In this document: in pieces, positions 1 through 12,214 of the stretch
Layout: the number at the start of each line of letters is the position of its first letter
Position numbering within the stretch: position 1 is the stretch's first letter
DNA from: Marsupella aquatica
Lineage: Eukaryota; Plantae; Marchantiophyta
Assembly: GCA_973895155.1 (NCBI GenBank)
Contig: OZ316892.1
Span: 11,222,138 to 11,286,137 of the forward strand
DNA: 64,000 bases
Direction of reading: 5' to 3'
Notes under the pieces: generated by a model
The model's input: the letters and a program-made list of their open reading frames with translations, nothing else
Databases searched by the model: none
Told to the model about the DNA's origin: nothing
Position numbers and translations under genes: made by a program

Positions 1-295
1 GTGTGTTGTCTCCTTAAATCCTTATATGGACTCAAGTAGGGTCCACTAGCATGGCATGCTGAAGTAGACTCCTTTCACTGGCACTAGTAGTGCCATTCTT
101 TGCTGTTGTCAAAGTTCTCCCATATACAAAATGTTATGGGAAATGTTATGGGGTGGTTATCCCATATATGTTATGGGGTGAAACATTTTAGACTAAAGAT
201 TCATATGGGGCTTGTATTTAGGTAGCCCCTAACTCTTTTAAGTCCTGGCCATAAAGCACTTTTATGATCTTGGCCATATCTCATTTATAGCATTA

Positions 296-525
296 CGAGC
301 CCTATGCCCGTGCGTTGCACGATGCAAGGAGGCCGGGCCGGCCCATAGGGAGTCAGGCCGGGCATTTATGGGGCAACACATATGTGCCAGGGTGCATATT
401 TCCTCTATCAATGATCAGGGAAAATAACTAATCGAATCTAATGGTTGTGTATCTTTCCTGCCCAAGTGCTTTTTAAATTGGGACAAAAGACTAAAAAATG
501 CGGGACCCCTTATTATACTTGTGGA
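296..525 (-). mobile_element. Short non-autonomous Helitron-like element, copy 1 (~230 bp)
   Basis: On the minus strand it starts 5'-TCCACAAGTATAATAAGGGG and ends with a subterminal hairpin (CGTGC-AAC-GCACG) followed by ...GGGCTCG-3'. It lies between A and T and is clearly homologous to 48288-48525. Confidence 0.8.
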
Positions 526-1006
526 TGACCTTAGCCATATATCATTTATAGCATTGACACTTCATACGAAAACCCCAAAACCCTCGAAAGTTATTTGAAG
601 AGAAAACGGCGTATAGAGAGAAGGACGCTACAGCTGCTCTGCGGAGAACTGTACTTCCAATCGAAATCTTTCCAAGAAGGCAACAATCGTCGTGAAAAGT
701 TCAGAGTATGGACTCGGTAATGGCACAGCGATGCATTGGAGACATAATGCGCAACAAAGTGCGGCACCAATGATGTTAGGGCAATATGCTAGAAGATCGA
801 CCACGTACAAATCCTTGCAGGCAGAAACTGGTCAAAATCTCGTCGAACAAATGCTCCTTGTGAACCAGCCACTGTCGATGTCATTGATTGTGGATTCGTA
901 GAGTTTGTTCGGGACGTCGTACATTCGGGGAAATTGAATTTAGTCTTTCAGTGCCACACGGAGAAGAGGGAAGGACCGGGAGGCGGATTTAGGGTTTGGA
1001 ATCGCC

Positions 1007-3350
1007 ATGGAAGAAATACATGCTTCTTCAATTCCGCTGCAGGAAACGGCGGAGTTCGTGGCAAGCCGGATGCTGGATGACAGCCTGAGCATAGCGGACA
1101 GGTGGTGGGCGCTATTCTCCTTGCGAAACATGAAAGGCGCTGTGGCTCGCGAAGCTCTCGTAAAAGGTTCGTTTGGCTTGGGGATGAATGCAAGCACGGC
1201 AGATGTTTTCAGTAGAGCATGTGTGTGGAGCTTATACAATTTTAACAAACTCTAGACCGTTTAGTAAGAGTTAGTTTATGTCGTTGCTTTCTGCAGCATT
1301 TTGGTAGCAGTGGGAAGATCTTCAGATTGAAAGCACAACTGTCAAGGACTTCACAACCGACCAATGTCTGCAGAAGTGATCATTTAAGCTGGGCAAAAGC
1401 ACTGCAAATGATTTGACGTCAGGATGCTAAAGAAATGCCAAATTTAATGTCACAGAGAAATTATGGAGGCTGTAGAAGGGGTTTTAGATTTCCATAAGTC
1501 ACTCGTGAACTTTACACAGACACTTTAATGAGTCTCAACGAGATAAAATTTAGGGTTGGAATTCCCTGAAATCACCTTATGAAATTGAAAAGACTCTGTC
1601 CCGCATGGAGCTTTGCAACCAACAATTTGCCACAATCTAATCGACGATATTTTGGGATGTAGCCATGAGAGATCCATCGAACTTGTTGGCGCATGAGGCG
1701 GCTTTTGCGCTGGGCCAGATGCAGGATGCTGAGGCCATTTCAGCGCTGAGAAATGTATTGGAGGATGTTGCTTCCGTCTCCTCTATTGTCCGCCATGAGG
1801 TGATTTCTAGATTCTACTACTCGATCCCATCTGCAAATGGGTGTCCATATCGACATTGAGGTCCATGATTAGATCTATTCGATACCCTTACAAGATGCTT
1901 GTCAGGTTTTTCCGCATTTCTGACCTCGCACTTTGAATTTGTAGGCAGCTGAGGCACTCGGCGCCATTGGTGCACCAGAGGGTATAACGTTGTTGAAGAA
2001 AAGCCTAGTATCAGATCCTGCACCTGAAGTCAGAGAAACTTGTGAATTAGCTCTGCGGAAGATTGAGCAGGGTATGGCATCTACTGCTGGTGATGGTGAA
2101 GATACTTTGGATTCACCCTTCTTTTCTGTTGATCCTGCTGGGCCTGCCGGTAGCAAGTTGAGCACAGCCGATCTAAGGTACCTTCCAACCTAACATCCGA
2201 AATTTCTCGGTGCCAATCTAGAGGTTGATCGGACAACCGTGCTATGGACCGCACAGCACTTGTAGTAAATACTGGGGCAAGTTATTGTCTGGGGGTTGGT
2301 TGGTCCCGGTTAAGTGTTTTTCGCCCGATATTTCTGAACAATTTAGTCATCTCCAATTGAATCTGTGATTTGTGGTTGGCTGGAGACAGAAAGACTTTGT
2401 TGGATGTGGATGTCGGAATGTATGAACGCTATGCGGCATTGTTTGCACTTCGGAACCGTGGAGGTGCTGAAGCTGTGGATGCCGTAGTTGCGGCATTGGG
2501 CGCCAACAGTGCTCTCCTTCGGCATGAGGTTGTTTCCAGGAGCACTTACCAATTCGGTCGTTACTAATTTCTAGGATGAAGTCTTCCCTAGAGCTTTGAT
2601 ATCTGTATGTACTGGTCTCCCAGTAGTACGCAGTAAAATTGTTTTAGGGGGAGGTCTCTGCGTTACAACGAGTTAGTATGACAATTGCATTATCTTGCGT
2701 GATGGTTCTCACGTGCAAGATACTGGCCCTTCCAGGTTGCGTATGTTCTTGGGCAATTGCAAGATAAATCTTCTACAGATGCTTTAGTGAGGACCTTGAA
2801 GGATTCTTCTGAGCATCCCATGGTTCGACACGAAGCTGCAGAAGCCCTTGGCGCTATTGCCGGTAACTTAGAGGACCCTTAAAATGAAAGCTGCAAGTGT
2901 CTATGTTCTCGATGTAAACTTTCCACAGTTTGCCTGCATTCAACTTCTCTGTAGAAAACAATATGTGATGGAATTACACAAGCTAAGGTAGGTGACTAAA
3001 ATTGCGTGCATTTTGCAGACACCCAAAGCATTGCGCTTGTGAGAAAATTCCAGAGTGATCCTGAACCGCTAGTCGCTCAAAGCTGTGAAGTGGCTCTGAG
3101 TTTGCTTGACCGAGAGCTTGAGGGAAACTCTTTTCAGGTAAATTTCACCAATGAGTGGTTGGGCGTGGATTGCTGGAGTTTCGTGTCCTTGCTGTACTTT
3201 ATCTTGTCAAGGAGTTGAAACGAGGCTTCAGTCTTGGCTTCGAAAAGGTCTAACTGCCCAAAAACATTCATTCAGCTAATATCTGATCCGTATCTAATGT
3301 GGGTTTGATGTTGCGTGCAGCACTTGTACATTCAAACTCCTGTAGCATAG
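1007..3350 (+). CDS. DOHH: Deoxyhypusine hydroxylase (HEAT-repeat di-iron monooxygenase for eIF5A hypusination), 7 exons
   Basis: GT-AG exons 1007-1166, 1663-1799, 1945-2177, 2390-2528, 2736-2862, 3019-3137 and 3321-3350 join in frame. All four HE motifs are present ([56 protein letters not shown]), plus the FFSVDPA linker and [13 protein letters not shown]. The last exon (HLYIQTPVA*) is less certain. Confidence 0.95.
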
Positions 3351-4440
3351 CTGTCTCGAATCATTAAACTGGCGACTGGTATTATGCGAATCAACGGATA
3401 ACTCGTTGTCAACCAATGAGTGACTCCCGTGTACTATACATGAAATTTTGATCATCAGATGTAGAATTTTAGTCATTCTTGTGTTGATCTCCCATATCAT
3501 TGAAATTATGTGCCAGGCATTCCTGAGTGTTATGACGTTTCAGGGCGTTAAAGTCTGCCTCTGATGGTGGGGGCCGGCCCAGTTTAGGTGCTTCGAAGTC
3601 TTTATGGAGCAGATATTCATTGGGGTCACAACTATAGCATTAATAGAGTAACGGAACCAAGGTGATGACCTCAAAGTAGATACCCATATGGATTTCATTC
3701 TGAATCACAATGAGTATTTGTGACTGTAAATGTTACAGATATTTTTTAATGTCATTTGCACTGATGGGACTTCCATCCTCCGTTCAAGTATTCAACTTTC
3801 CTACTGAATTATATTGCCGCCATGTTCTGGCCAACTAGTTTTACAAGAGATAGTGGAGGTGATGTGGCCAAATCAGGTGAGCCTACTGTTGGTCGGGCAC
3901 GGATCCAGGGTGAGTTGAGCATTGTCTCTCAGTTGAACTACTCAGGAGTGGAATAATATCATCTGAACTATCCTAACGATGCAATTTTGACATAACTTTC
4001 AGATTCATCTCGACTTGATCTAGCAATTTGCTACACGTGTTACACAAATGCAAGAATCGTCGATTGTGTCTTTGTCAGCTACAAGATGCGGACATTACTG
4101 AAAATCTGTTGGTATATCTCCCGTAATCCGAATCACAAAAGAGTAAAGAAGACAACTGTGCTGACTGACGAGATGTTGGCGTCAGCAAATCTACAGCTGA
4201 GAGGAGCATAAGTGAGAGGGAATGAGGTCCACAAATGACCGAGAGGGGACTGAGCTTAGAGGAAGTTGGAGCAATTTCACTGGTACCTTTACACAACTAC
4301 TGTAGGTACGCTGGACTCACCTCAAAATGATTAAGTGTACAGTGTAGTTATGGCCAAAGTTTAGACCATTTTTGGAGTTGGTATGTTATTTGACAATATT
4401 GATGCACATTAATGCATAATCCTATATGACCAGGGAGGCA

Positions 4441-4564
4441 GTTGCCTTCTGCCTGCGGCCATTGCCCAACCCGGTATCAATATAACCACGAGATGCAAAT
4501 GTGTTGCCTTCTGCCTGTGGCCATTGCCCAACCCGGTATCAATATAACCACAAGGTGCAAATGT
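4441..4564. repeat. Tandem duplication, 62 bp x2
   Basis: GTTGCCTTCTGCCTG...GCAAATGT at 4441-4502 and 4503-4564, with 3 mismatches. Confidence 0.95.
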
Positions 4565-5369
4565 TTTTAGGCGTGGAACAGATGCTGGGTTACTGGTAGA
4601 GTAGCAAGTGGGTCTTGCAAGAACCTGATCTCTAAAATTCAGGAAAAAAAACTTAAAAAGTTAGGTCCTTCTCGGACAGCATTGTTCTGTCCTACATGCA
4701 AGAATCCCATCAACCCTGGCCCCTTATCTCTGAGTGCAAATCATAACACTTATCAATAACTGCACTCCAACATGTTTCCATTCTATTCTGGTTTTATGAT
4801 TTGAGTGCATCAACACTTACAGAGCTACTGCACCTATAGGTTTTGGGATTTATGATCTATCCCTTAACTCTAGTCATGGGACAGCATTGACCCGCCCATA
4901 AGGGATGGGCTACAGCCTCATCTCAGTCTGATGGCAGATATTATTCTCTTTTCTTTCATTTGGCTGCCACCCCAAATATACTAGCCACCACCATGTCAGG
5001 CCAAAAGCCCATGTGCCTTCAATGACCTTCTGGAATTCTGGATTTGTGCTAAAGATTAAAAATTAAAGAGCATTATTAAAATTATTGGTTACCTATTTCG
5101 AGGAAAATTATTGGTTAACTATTGAGCTCACAGGATTTCCTATAACCCAAGATTGGCTCCCACAAGTTTTATGTGAGTTCCTTTAAATCATGAGTCAGGG
5201 GAAAACTTCTCCTAGTATTAATTGCCCAGTATTGAGACTCCCTACAGTAGTGAGCCTCTTTGTACATTTATGTAAAGTGTATAGATAAAGGGCAATTCCC
5301 AATAGGGAAAAAAAAAAATAGAGGCTTGTCCCTTGCAATTATCCAGGTATTGGCAGGGGTTGCACAGAA

Positions 5370-5508
5370 GGCGGAAGTATGGTGGAAAGGAAAGGAAAGG
5401 AAAGGAAAGGAAAGGAAAGGAAAAGGAAAGCGGAAGTATGGAGGAAAGGAAAGGAAAGGAAAGGAAAGCGGAAGTATGGTGGAAAGGAAAGGAAAGGAAA
5501 GGAAAGGA
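5370..5508. repeat. Compound (GGAAA)n microsatellite
   Basis: GGAAA runs interrupted three times by GCGGAAGTATGG(T/A). The repeat generates the spurious K/E/R/G-rich ORFs in the track. Confidence 0.95.
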
Positions 5509-6334
5509 ACGAGAAACCGATTGGAAGTCAATAAAAAAATGGACAGAAAGGAATCACTGATGGCCCAGATCTAGTGCCGATTGCTGCTGACGAGCGAGCA
5601 GTTGAGGATCACGCGGGATTTCGATTGATTGATCAAATTGAGAAATTGCACGAGCCATAAATTGAATTTGAGGGGGCAATTGGCCGCGAGAGTCTCATCT
5701 TTTTTGAGAAGACTGGAATGAAGAAGAGAACAGGGACTTATGAGTGAACTGCTGGGAGAGGAAATTGAATGGTGATGCAAAGAGGTGAGTAATAATTGGC
5801 AGTGAGTAGGCTGAGACCCGCCCCATTTCTGCACTCTGCACACCTGCAGCCTGTGTTGTGTCTTCTCTCGACAATCTCCCCCTCCGCCATTGATTGCAAC
5901 TCCGCTAGTGATGGTCAATAGGACCCAAGTACTGGAGTGGTCCATGCATTCCTCCTCCTGCTATTGCCATTGCTGGTCGTAGCAACAGAATTGGGACCGG
6001 GCATTGTTCAGTGCGGGCCTCTCGGACTAGTTCCAACCTTGCCCAGGCCAGAGATTGCAAGGAGTAAGGAGATTTCCTCGAATCTATCAGCAAAGTGAGA
6101 ACGTTGATTGCAGGGCAGATTGGCAATGCCGACTTTTCTCCACATAGATACTAATTGCTCGAATTGGCCAACGGTTTCACGAGGGACAATGGAGTAAGAG
6201 TTCAAAGCAGCCAAGTGTCTAACAACGTACACACAGATGTCCATTCCAAACTTGAATTTCCGATAATAATCCATAACATTCGATTCCCGATTTGAAGCAG
6301 TCGAGGAGAGATTCTTGAAGGTTTATAGTTCACA

Positions 6335-9300
6335 ATGAAGACAATGGTTGTTGGTCATTGGGGTTGTGTCCCCCAGAAAGCAATTGTCGCAGGAGTCAAT
6401 GGTGAGAGGCCCGATGTTGCCAGCAGAGTCTCAGGGAAGGCAAGGTTCACCAACGGATGCCGTAGCACCCATGGCTTTACAGCTTTTCAGGGCCTCAAGG
6501 CTTGCCGAGCCAAGTATGAGTTGAGCCATCGGAAATCACTCGACGCTGTCAGCCAGAAAAGGAGTGTAAACTCGAGACGGGGTCCAGCGGGAGTGGTAAT
6601 CGTTTGTGCTGGGGGTATGAGCATTGTGTTCGTGTCTGCCGAAGTTGCACCGTGGAGCAAAACTGGAGGCCTTGGGGATGTCCTTGGTGGTCTGCCGCCT
6701 GCTCTTGCTGTGAGTGAGCTTTTTCGGAATTCTTGTCCAGGGCCCGTTGAATGGTTTTTCGCAGAACCTTGTGTTCATCTAGAGTCATACCACATTACCT
6801 CTTTCTGTTGTCTGCTGGACGACGGTTCTGCCATTTAGTTCTGAAACGTCTATCTCCTAGACAGCTTGGACGTTTCAGATCGAAATTTGAAAACTGTCGT
6901 TTACAATCGCATTATTCAGAGCGAGCGCACTGACGTGATATTCACCGACGTCCGTAGAAAATGAACGAGTGAAAATTACTAAAACAGTCCATACTACTAT
7001 GCCTGATGTAGTTTCCTGAGGTAGAATTGTGTTTTGAGTCCACGGATATTTAAGAAGGGTTCAAAATTTAGACGGTCGCAGGTACTCACTTTGATGGGAT
7101 CTAGCGAGATGACTCTTTTCGCCTGGAAGCTAGAGAAAAGGATTATCGTCAGGAATTAAGGCTGATGTTGTGCCTTCTGTTCATCAACAGCTCACCTTCC
7201 ACAGCCATTGTGAAATTGCAGGCCAGGGGACATCGAGTAATGACCGTCTCTCCCCGTTATGACCAGTACAAGGATGCCTGGGACACAAACACGCCCATTG
7301 AAGTGAGTCTTCTATCCTTAGACGGTCAGCCGTATCTCATTCAAATATTTGAACGATACGCTCTTAATTGATGCTTTCCAAATTGAATGTATGCTTACCG
7401 GCAGTCCTTGTCCAGATTCAGCCCAATGTCATGGTCCACTGTTTAAGCATACCGGCCAATTAGCATCTACATTGTGGGAATTCATTGAAAACTCGGCAAG
7501 GCACATTTATGTAATATGTTGTTGAGCATCGCGAATCTTCAGGCTCTCACTCGCAAACTAATAATGTTTCAGGAGGCGCATTTTCTGCACTGACAATAGG
7601 AGGGTACTTTCCCAAACTGACTCACTCGTTACAAATCATCCCATTTTGGGTATTGGAGGATTTCCTTCATGACCTACGCTGAGGACTCCCAACGTGATTC
7701 TATGATTCTGTGTTCCTGATGCAGGTGAAGGTCGGCGACAAGTTTGAAACTGTGAGGCTATTCCACACCTTCAAACGTGGAGTCGATCGTGTATTCGTAG
7801 ATCATCCCAGCTTTCTGGCGAAGGTCCTGATCCAGAGTCTCCTTCCGGCCAGTCTCAGGATTTGGTCGTAAACTTGATGGGGTGCTGCATAAATTTGTGG
7901 CTACAGTCTCATTTTCTGAAACGACCCATTGAATGGCATCCAGGTGTGGGGAAAGACGGGGGAAAAAATATATGGCCCCGTCACAGGAGAAGACTACAAG
8001 GACAATGAGCTCCGCTTCAGTCTTTTCGCTCAGGTTGAGTTGCTTACTACCCTCAGCACATTCCAATCAGGAATCTTCTCTCGGGGTCTGTCTAGGGAAT
8101 CTTCACTTCCGGAATTGTGTTATCACTTGCTTTGCTGCTTTCTCACGAATATGGCAACGGTCGTTGCGCAGGCTGCCATTGAAGCTGCACGCGTTTTAAA
8201 TCTCAGCAAGGATGGGTTCAACTGTGAACCGTACGGTGCGTGCGTTGAGGCTTACTCGTCAGCCCCATCCACCTGCTTGTCACGAGCATTGGGAAACGTT
8301 AGATTTTAAGGTCATTACGGTGGATTTGAACGATTCGTCTGTGGGCAGTGGTTTATGCCCCTCTGGTATTGGTGTTGTGAAAAGCATCTTGTGAATTGTT
8401 TCAAAATGGAGGCCTCTATCCAGGCACAAAAATAGTACACGTTAAGAATTTTACATTTCATAGAGCAGACGACAAACTCCTCCGTGTCGGCATGTCATAG
8501 AAACCTTCGAGGTTGCCAACAATGGTTTTTGGCAGACATATCCCCCCTCAGAAGTGTTCGGACACACCACCCGCTCTTCGTAAGTGTATGGGCCTCCAGG
8601 TTTTGCTATGAAGTTAATTTTCCCTTTTTGACTCTGAAAAGCACGAGGTGAGGATTTGATACTGGAGACAATTGGCTGAACCTTTTTGAAATTACTTACG
8701 CCGTGCTTTTGTGCGGTCTACAGGAGAAGATGTTGTCTTTGTTGCCAACGACTGGCACACGGCCCTTCTCCCTTGCTATCTGAAAAGCAATTACAAGCCC
8801 TATGGTCGGTTCACTAACGCCAAGGTTGATTCCATTCCGCTCGTAACAGCTCATGAGACATTGAGCGAAGATCAGAGGGACCTGGATCTGTTTTCTCGTT
8901 ACTTTCTTATAAGTTTCTCCCTGCTTCGTCTGAGATGTGGCTTTTGACTTTTGGAAGTTAGTGTCCGGCCAGTGTCGGTCCATAGCCCGATTAGGTCCCT
9001 CTGGACTTCCGACTTATCCACTGATTTCCTGCAAATTCAAGAGCTATGATGAATATGTTATCTAATACTCTGCAAGTCTGCTATGGCAACAGCTCCTAAG
9101 TTAGATATTCAACCTGTGACACTGTGCAGGTGGCATTCTGTGTACATAATATTGCGTATCAGGGAAGATTCGCCTTTACAGACTTTCCTCTATTGAACCT
9201 TCCAGACTCCTTTCAAAGTTCGTTTGCTTTTATGGATGGGTGAGTCAGTCCTCGCTTTGCCCGACAACAATTGCTATGCAATCCTTTTGTACTGTTTGTT

Positions 9301-12214
9301 GCTGACACACTTCATCATCTTCTTCGAGGTAGCTCTTGGATTAATCTCTCCTTTCTTGTGGGCTGTTGACGATCATATAACCAGCTTTGTCAAGTACATA
9401 TTCAAACAAGCTCCTTTGAATTTATTCCGCAACTTCCGTTAGCTTCACTAAAATGCTTTTTTCTTTAGAGCTCGTCCCCTCGAGGCCTCTGTAGTGAAGA
9501 AAGCCGGAATGATGCAGGTATACCAAACCTGTGAAAGGGCTAAAAATAAATTGGATGAAGGCTGGATTTCTTGAATCAGACAAAGTGTTGACAGTGAGTC
9601 CAAATTACGCAAGAGAGTTGACTGCAGGCCCAGACATGGGTGTGGAATTGGATGATATTGTTCGTAAAACAGGGATTGTGGGAATCGTCAATGGGATGGA
9701 TGTGCAAGAATGGGATCCATCCAAAGACAAATTTATTGAAACCAAATATGATGCTACTACGGTATTCTTCCTCCCCAGACCTTCGAGATAGCGAATGTTC
9801 TCCACCTTTTGTGATGTCTTGCTGTCTGCACGGACCTCATTTGAGCTAGGCAAGTTCGGTGAATTTGTGACTCTTAGCAGGCCTCCATTGCAAAGCGAAA
9901 CTTACTTTATCAAGTAAAGAAGAAGAAGATGAAATTGATGGACTTCTCGTGGATTGCTATTTGTTTTAGGTTCTTGAAGCCAAACCTGCGTTGAAAGAGG
10001 CACTGCAAGCTGAAGTGGGCCTCCCTGTGAATCCTGATGTGCCAGTGATTGGTTTCATCGGAAGGCTTGAGGAACAAAAAGGCTCTGACATACTTGTAGA
10101 GGCTGCTGCAGAGTTCCTACAGGGAGACGTACAGCTTATTATTCTGGTATTAATCTCCTCGCTGCTTACCAGTTTTGGTGGATGAATACAAGGGCTGTGG
10201 ATACATCATAAGTAGAGCTATCTCCGTCTTGTCGCTGGAGTTCTCTTGATTTGTGTTTTCGTCAAGAGATGGCTTTCTCATACATGGAAACGATCCTGGT
10301 TTTAGCTCCCATTAAGATGATACTGATCGTCTATCAAAAACAATTAGGCTGACTCATTTAGCTATGTAGCAAAAATTTACGGGTGGACCAAACAAGGTCA
10401 AGAGAAGAGCTGGAGGAGGAGACAAAAGGTAAATTATAATTAAGCCATAGCATTTTGGGGTCCGAATTGAATCGACTTTCTCTTACACAACGAATCTGTC
10501 ATAACAGTCATACTTCAAAAGTTCGGACCCACAATTTTGTTACGGCAACATGCAAGCCTCCACTTGTAGCTCAGGACATCATGCAATGCGTTGGTACATT
10601 TGGGCTCGGAGTTCTCTCAATGCATTCAAATTCATTCTCTCCCTCTAATACGTAGTCGGGTGGACACTTACAATCCAATGAAGCGATCAGCTTCTCTACA
10701 CCCACTGGATCCGTCAGGAAGCTAGACGACGACCCATAATCCGATTGACGCAGGTGCAAATCGGATGGGTGGACGTGTGGTCATTTTAGCACCGGTTTTT
10801 GGCTGTCTCCACTCACGGGCACGTTGTGGGGATGTGGTAGGGAACAGGCAAGAAGTATCTTGAAAAGCAGATTGAACAGTTAGAGAAGGACTTTCCAGAC
10901 AAGGCAAGAGCAGTCGCCAAGTTCAATGTAGCCCTGGCACATGCAATCACAGCTGGAGCTGATTATCTTTTGGTCCCTAGTCGATTTGAGCCTTGTGGAC
11001 TTATCCAACTTCATGCCATGCGATATGGGACGGTAATAGTCTACTTCTGTTGTTGGCTATGTACATTGTGATAGCCAAGTCTTGGGTCAGTGTACTGGCT
11101 AACACACGCTATGGATCTTTGTTATTGTAGCTGAAGATGTGCCATTCAAACTCAAACTTGTTCAAATTGGTTGCTTCTTTCTCTTAAGCAGACACTCCTT
11201 TCAAATTGTTAAAGATTTTGCTTAGTGCTTCCTTCTTCCTACCTTGTGGATGTCCTCAAGAAGTTACTGAGAGACAGGCGTCATTTCTGGTCGCAGCCCC
11301 CCATAGTTGCTTCGACTGGTGGACTGGTTGACACAGTGCAAGATGGCATTACTGGCTATCATGTGGGAACCCCTTTCAATGTAGAGGTATGGATAGCATG
11401 TTCAACCGTGAATTACATCTAGTATGCGTGGCCTCTCAGCAGCCATCTCTGCCTCAGATGCGGGCTTACTCCTTGACTAAGAAATTGTTGTTCTTCTGGA
11501 CAAATCGTGCTTGATGATATCTTAACAATTTGTGAATAATTCCACACTGGGAAAAATTGATGTGCTGGAGTTTGGATGGGAAGCATGTGCGATGAAGTAG
11601 ACTGAGCACAAGTCCTCTTGTATTGTGTCAGTGTGAGACTGTGGACCCCAAAGACGTGACGACACTGGCAGCGACAGTGCAGAGAGCTGTTGAGGAGTAT
11701 GGTTCCCCCAAGTACTTCAGCTTAATCCAGGCTGGCATGGCACAGGACCTGTCTTGGAAGGTGTGTTCCTAGAAATTCGGTGCATTTAAATTTGTGTACG
11801 TGTTCGGCTTAGCCATTCAGTCCAACAGGTGAAAAATGCGTTTGACGGAGTGGCAGGTAAAGAGTGCATGTCTTCCAGACCCACATCATGGCTACATCTT
11901 TCTTCTCAAAGGCCACAATTCTCCACACAACTGAAGAGAGCCATACGTTGGAGTGTGAGAGGGTTGTTAATCAGCAACCCATGAACACATTTGGGAATGG
12001 GGCTCCATGTATCCCTTCTGTAGTGTTCTTGAAGTTGAGCTTTTCCGAGTCACTTTGAAGACTAGTCCTTATCCTAGTCCGTTTTACTGGTTTGCAGGGA
12101 CCAGCACGGATATGGGAGGACGTTTTATTAAGACTCAATGTCAAAGGCAGTGAGGCAGGTCAGGAAGGTGATGAAATAGCCCCAACAGCAACAGCAAATT
12201 TGGCCACTCCTTGA
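6335..12214 (+). CDS. GBSS1: Granule-bound starch synthase (Waxy, GT5) with plastid transit peptide, 13 coding exons
   Basis: Exons 6335-6709, 7222-7302, 7725-7823, 7944-8033, 8172-8235, 8724-8824, 9130-9239, 9518-9761, 9970-10146, 10841-11032, 11297-11386, 11632-11760 and 12098-12214. Motifs include [85 protein letters not shown] and the C-terminal EGDEIAP..NLATP*. Confidence 0.97.

Noticed and set aside
3544-3564. Alternative DOHH last exon (GVKVCL*)
   Set aside because: The acceptor is plausible, but 3321-3350 resembles known plant DOHH C-termini better, and there is no transcript evidence.
5260-5574. K/E/R/G-rich ORFs on both strands
   Set aside because: They are translations of the GGAAA microsatellite.
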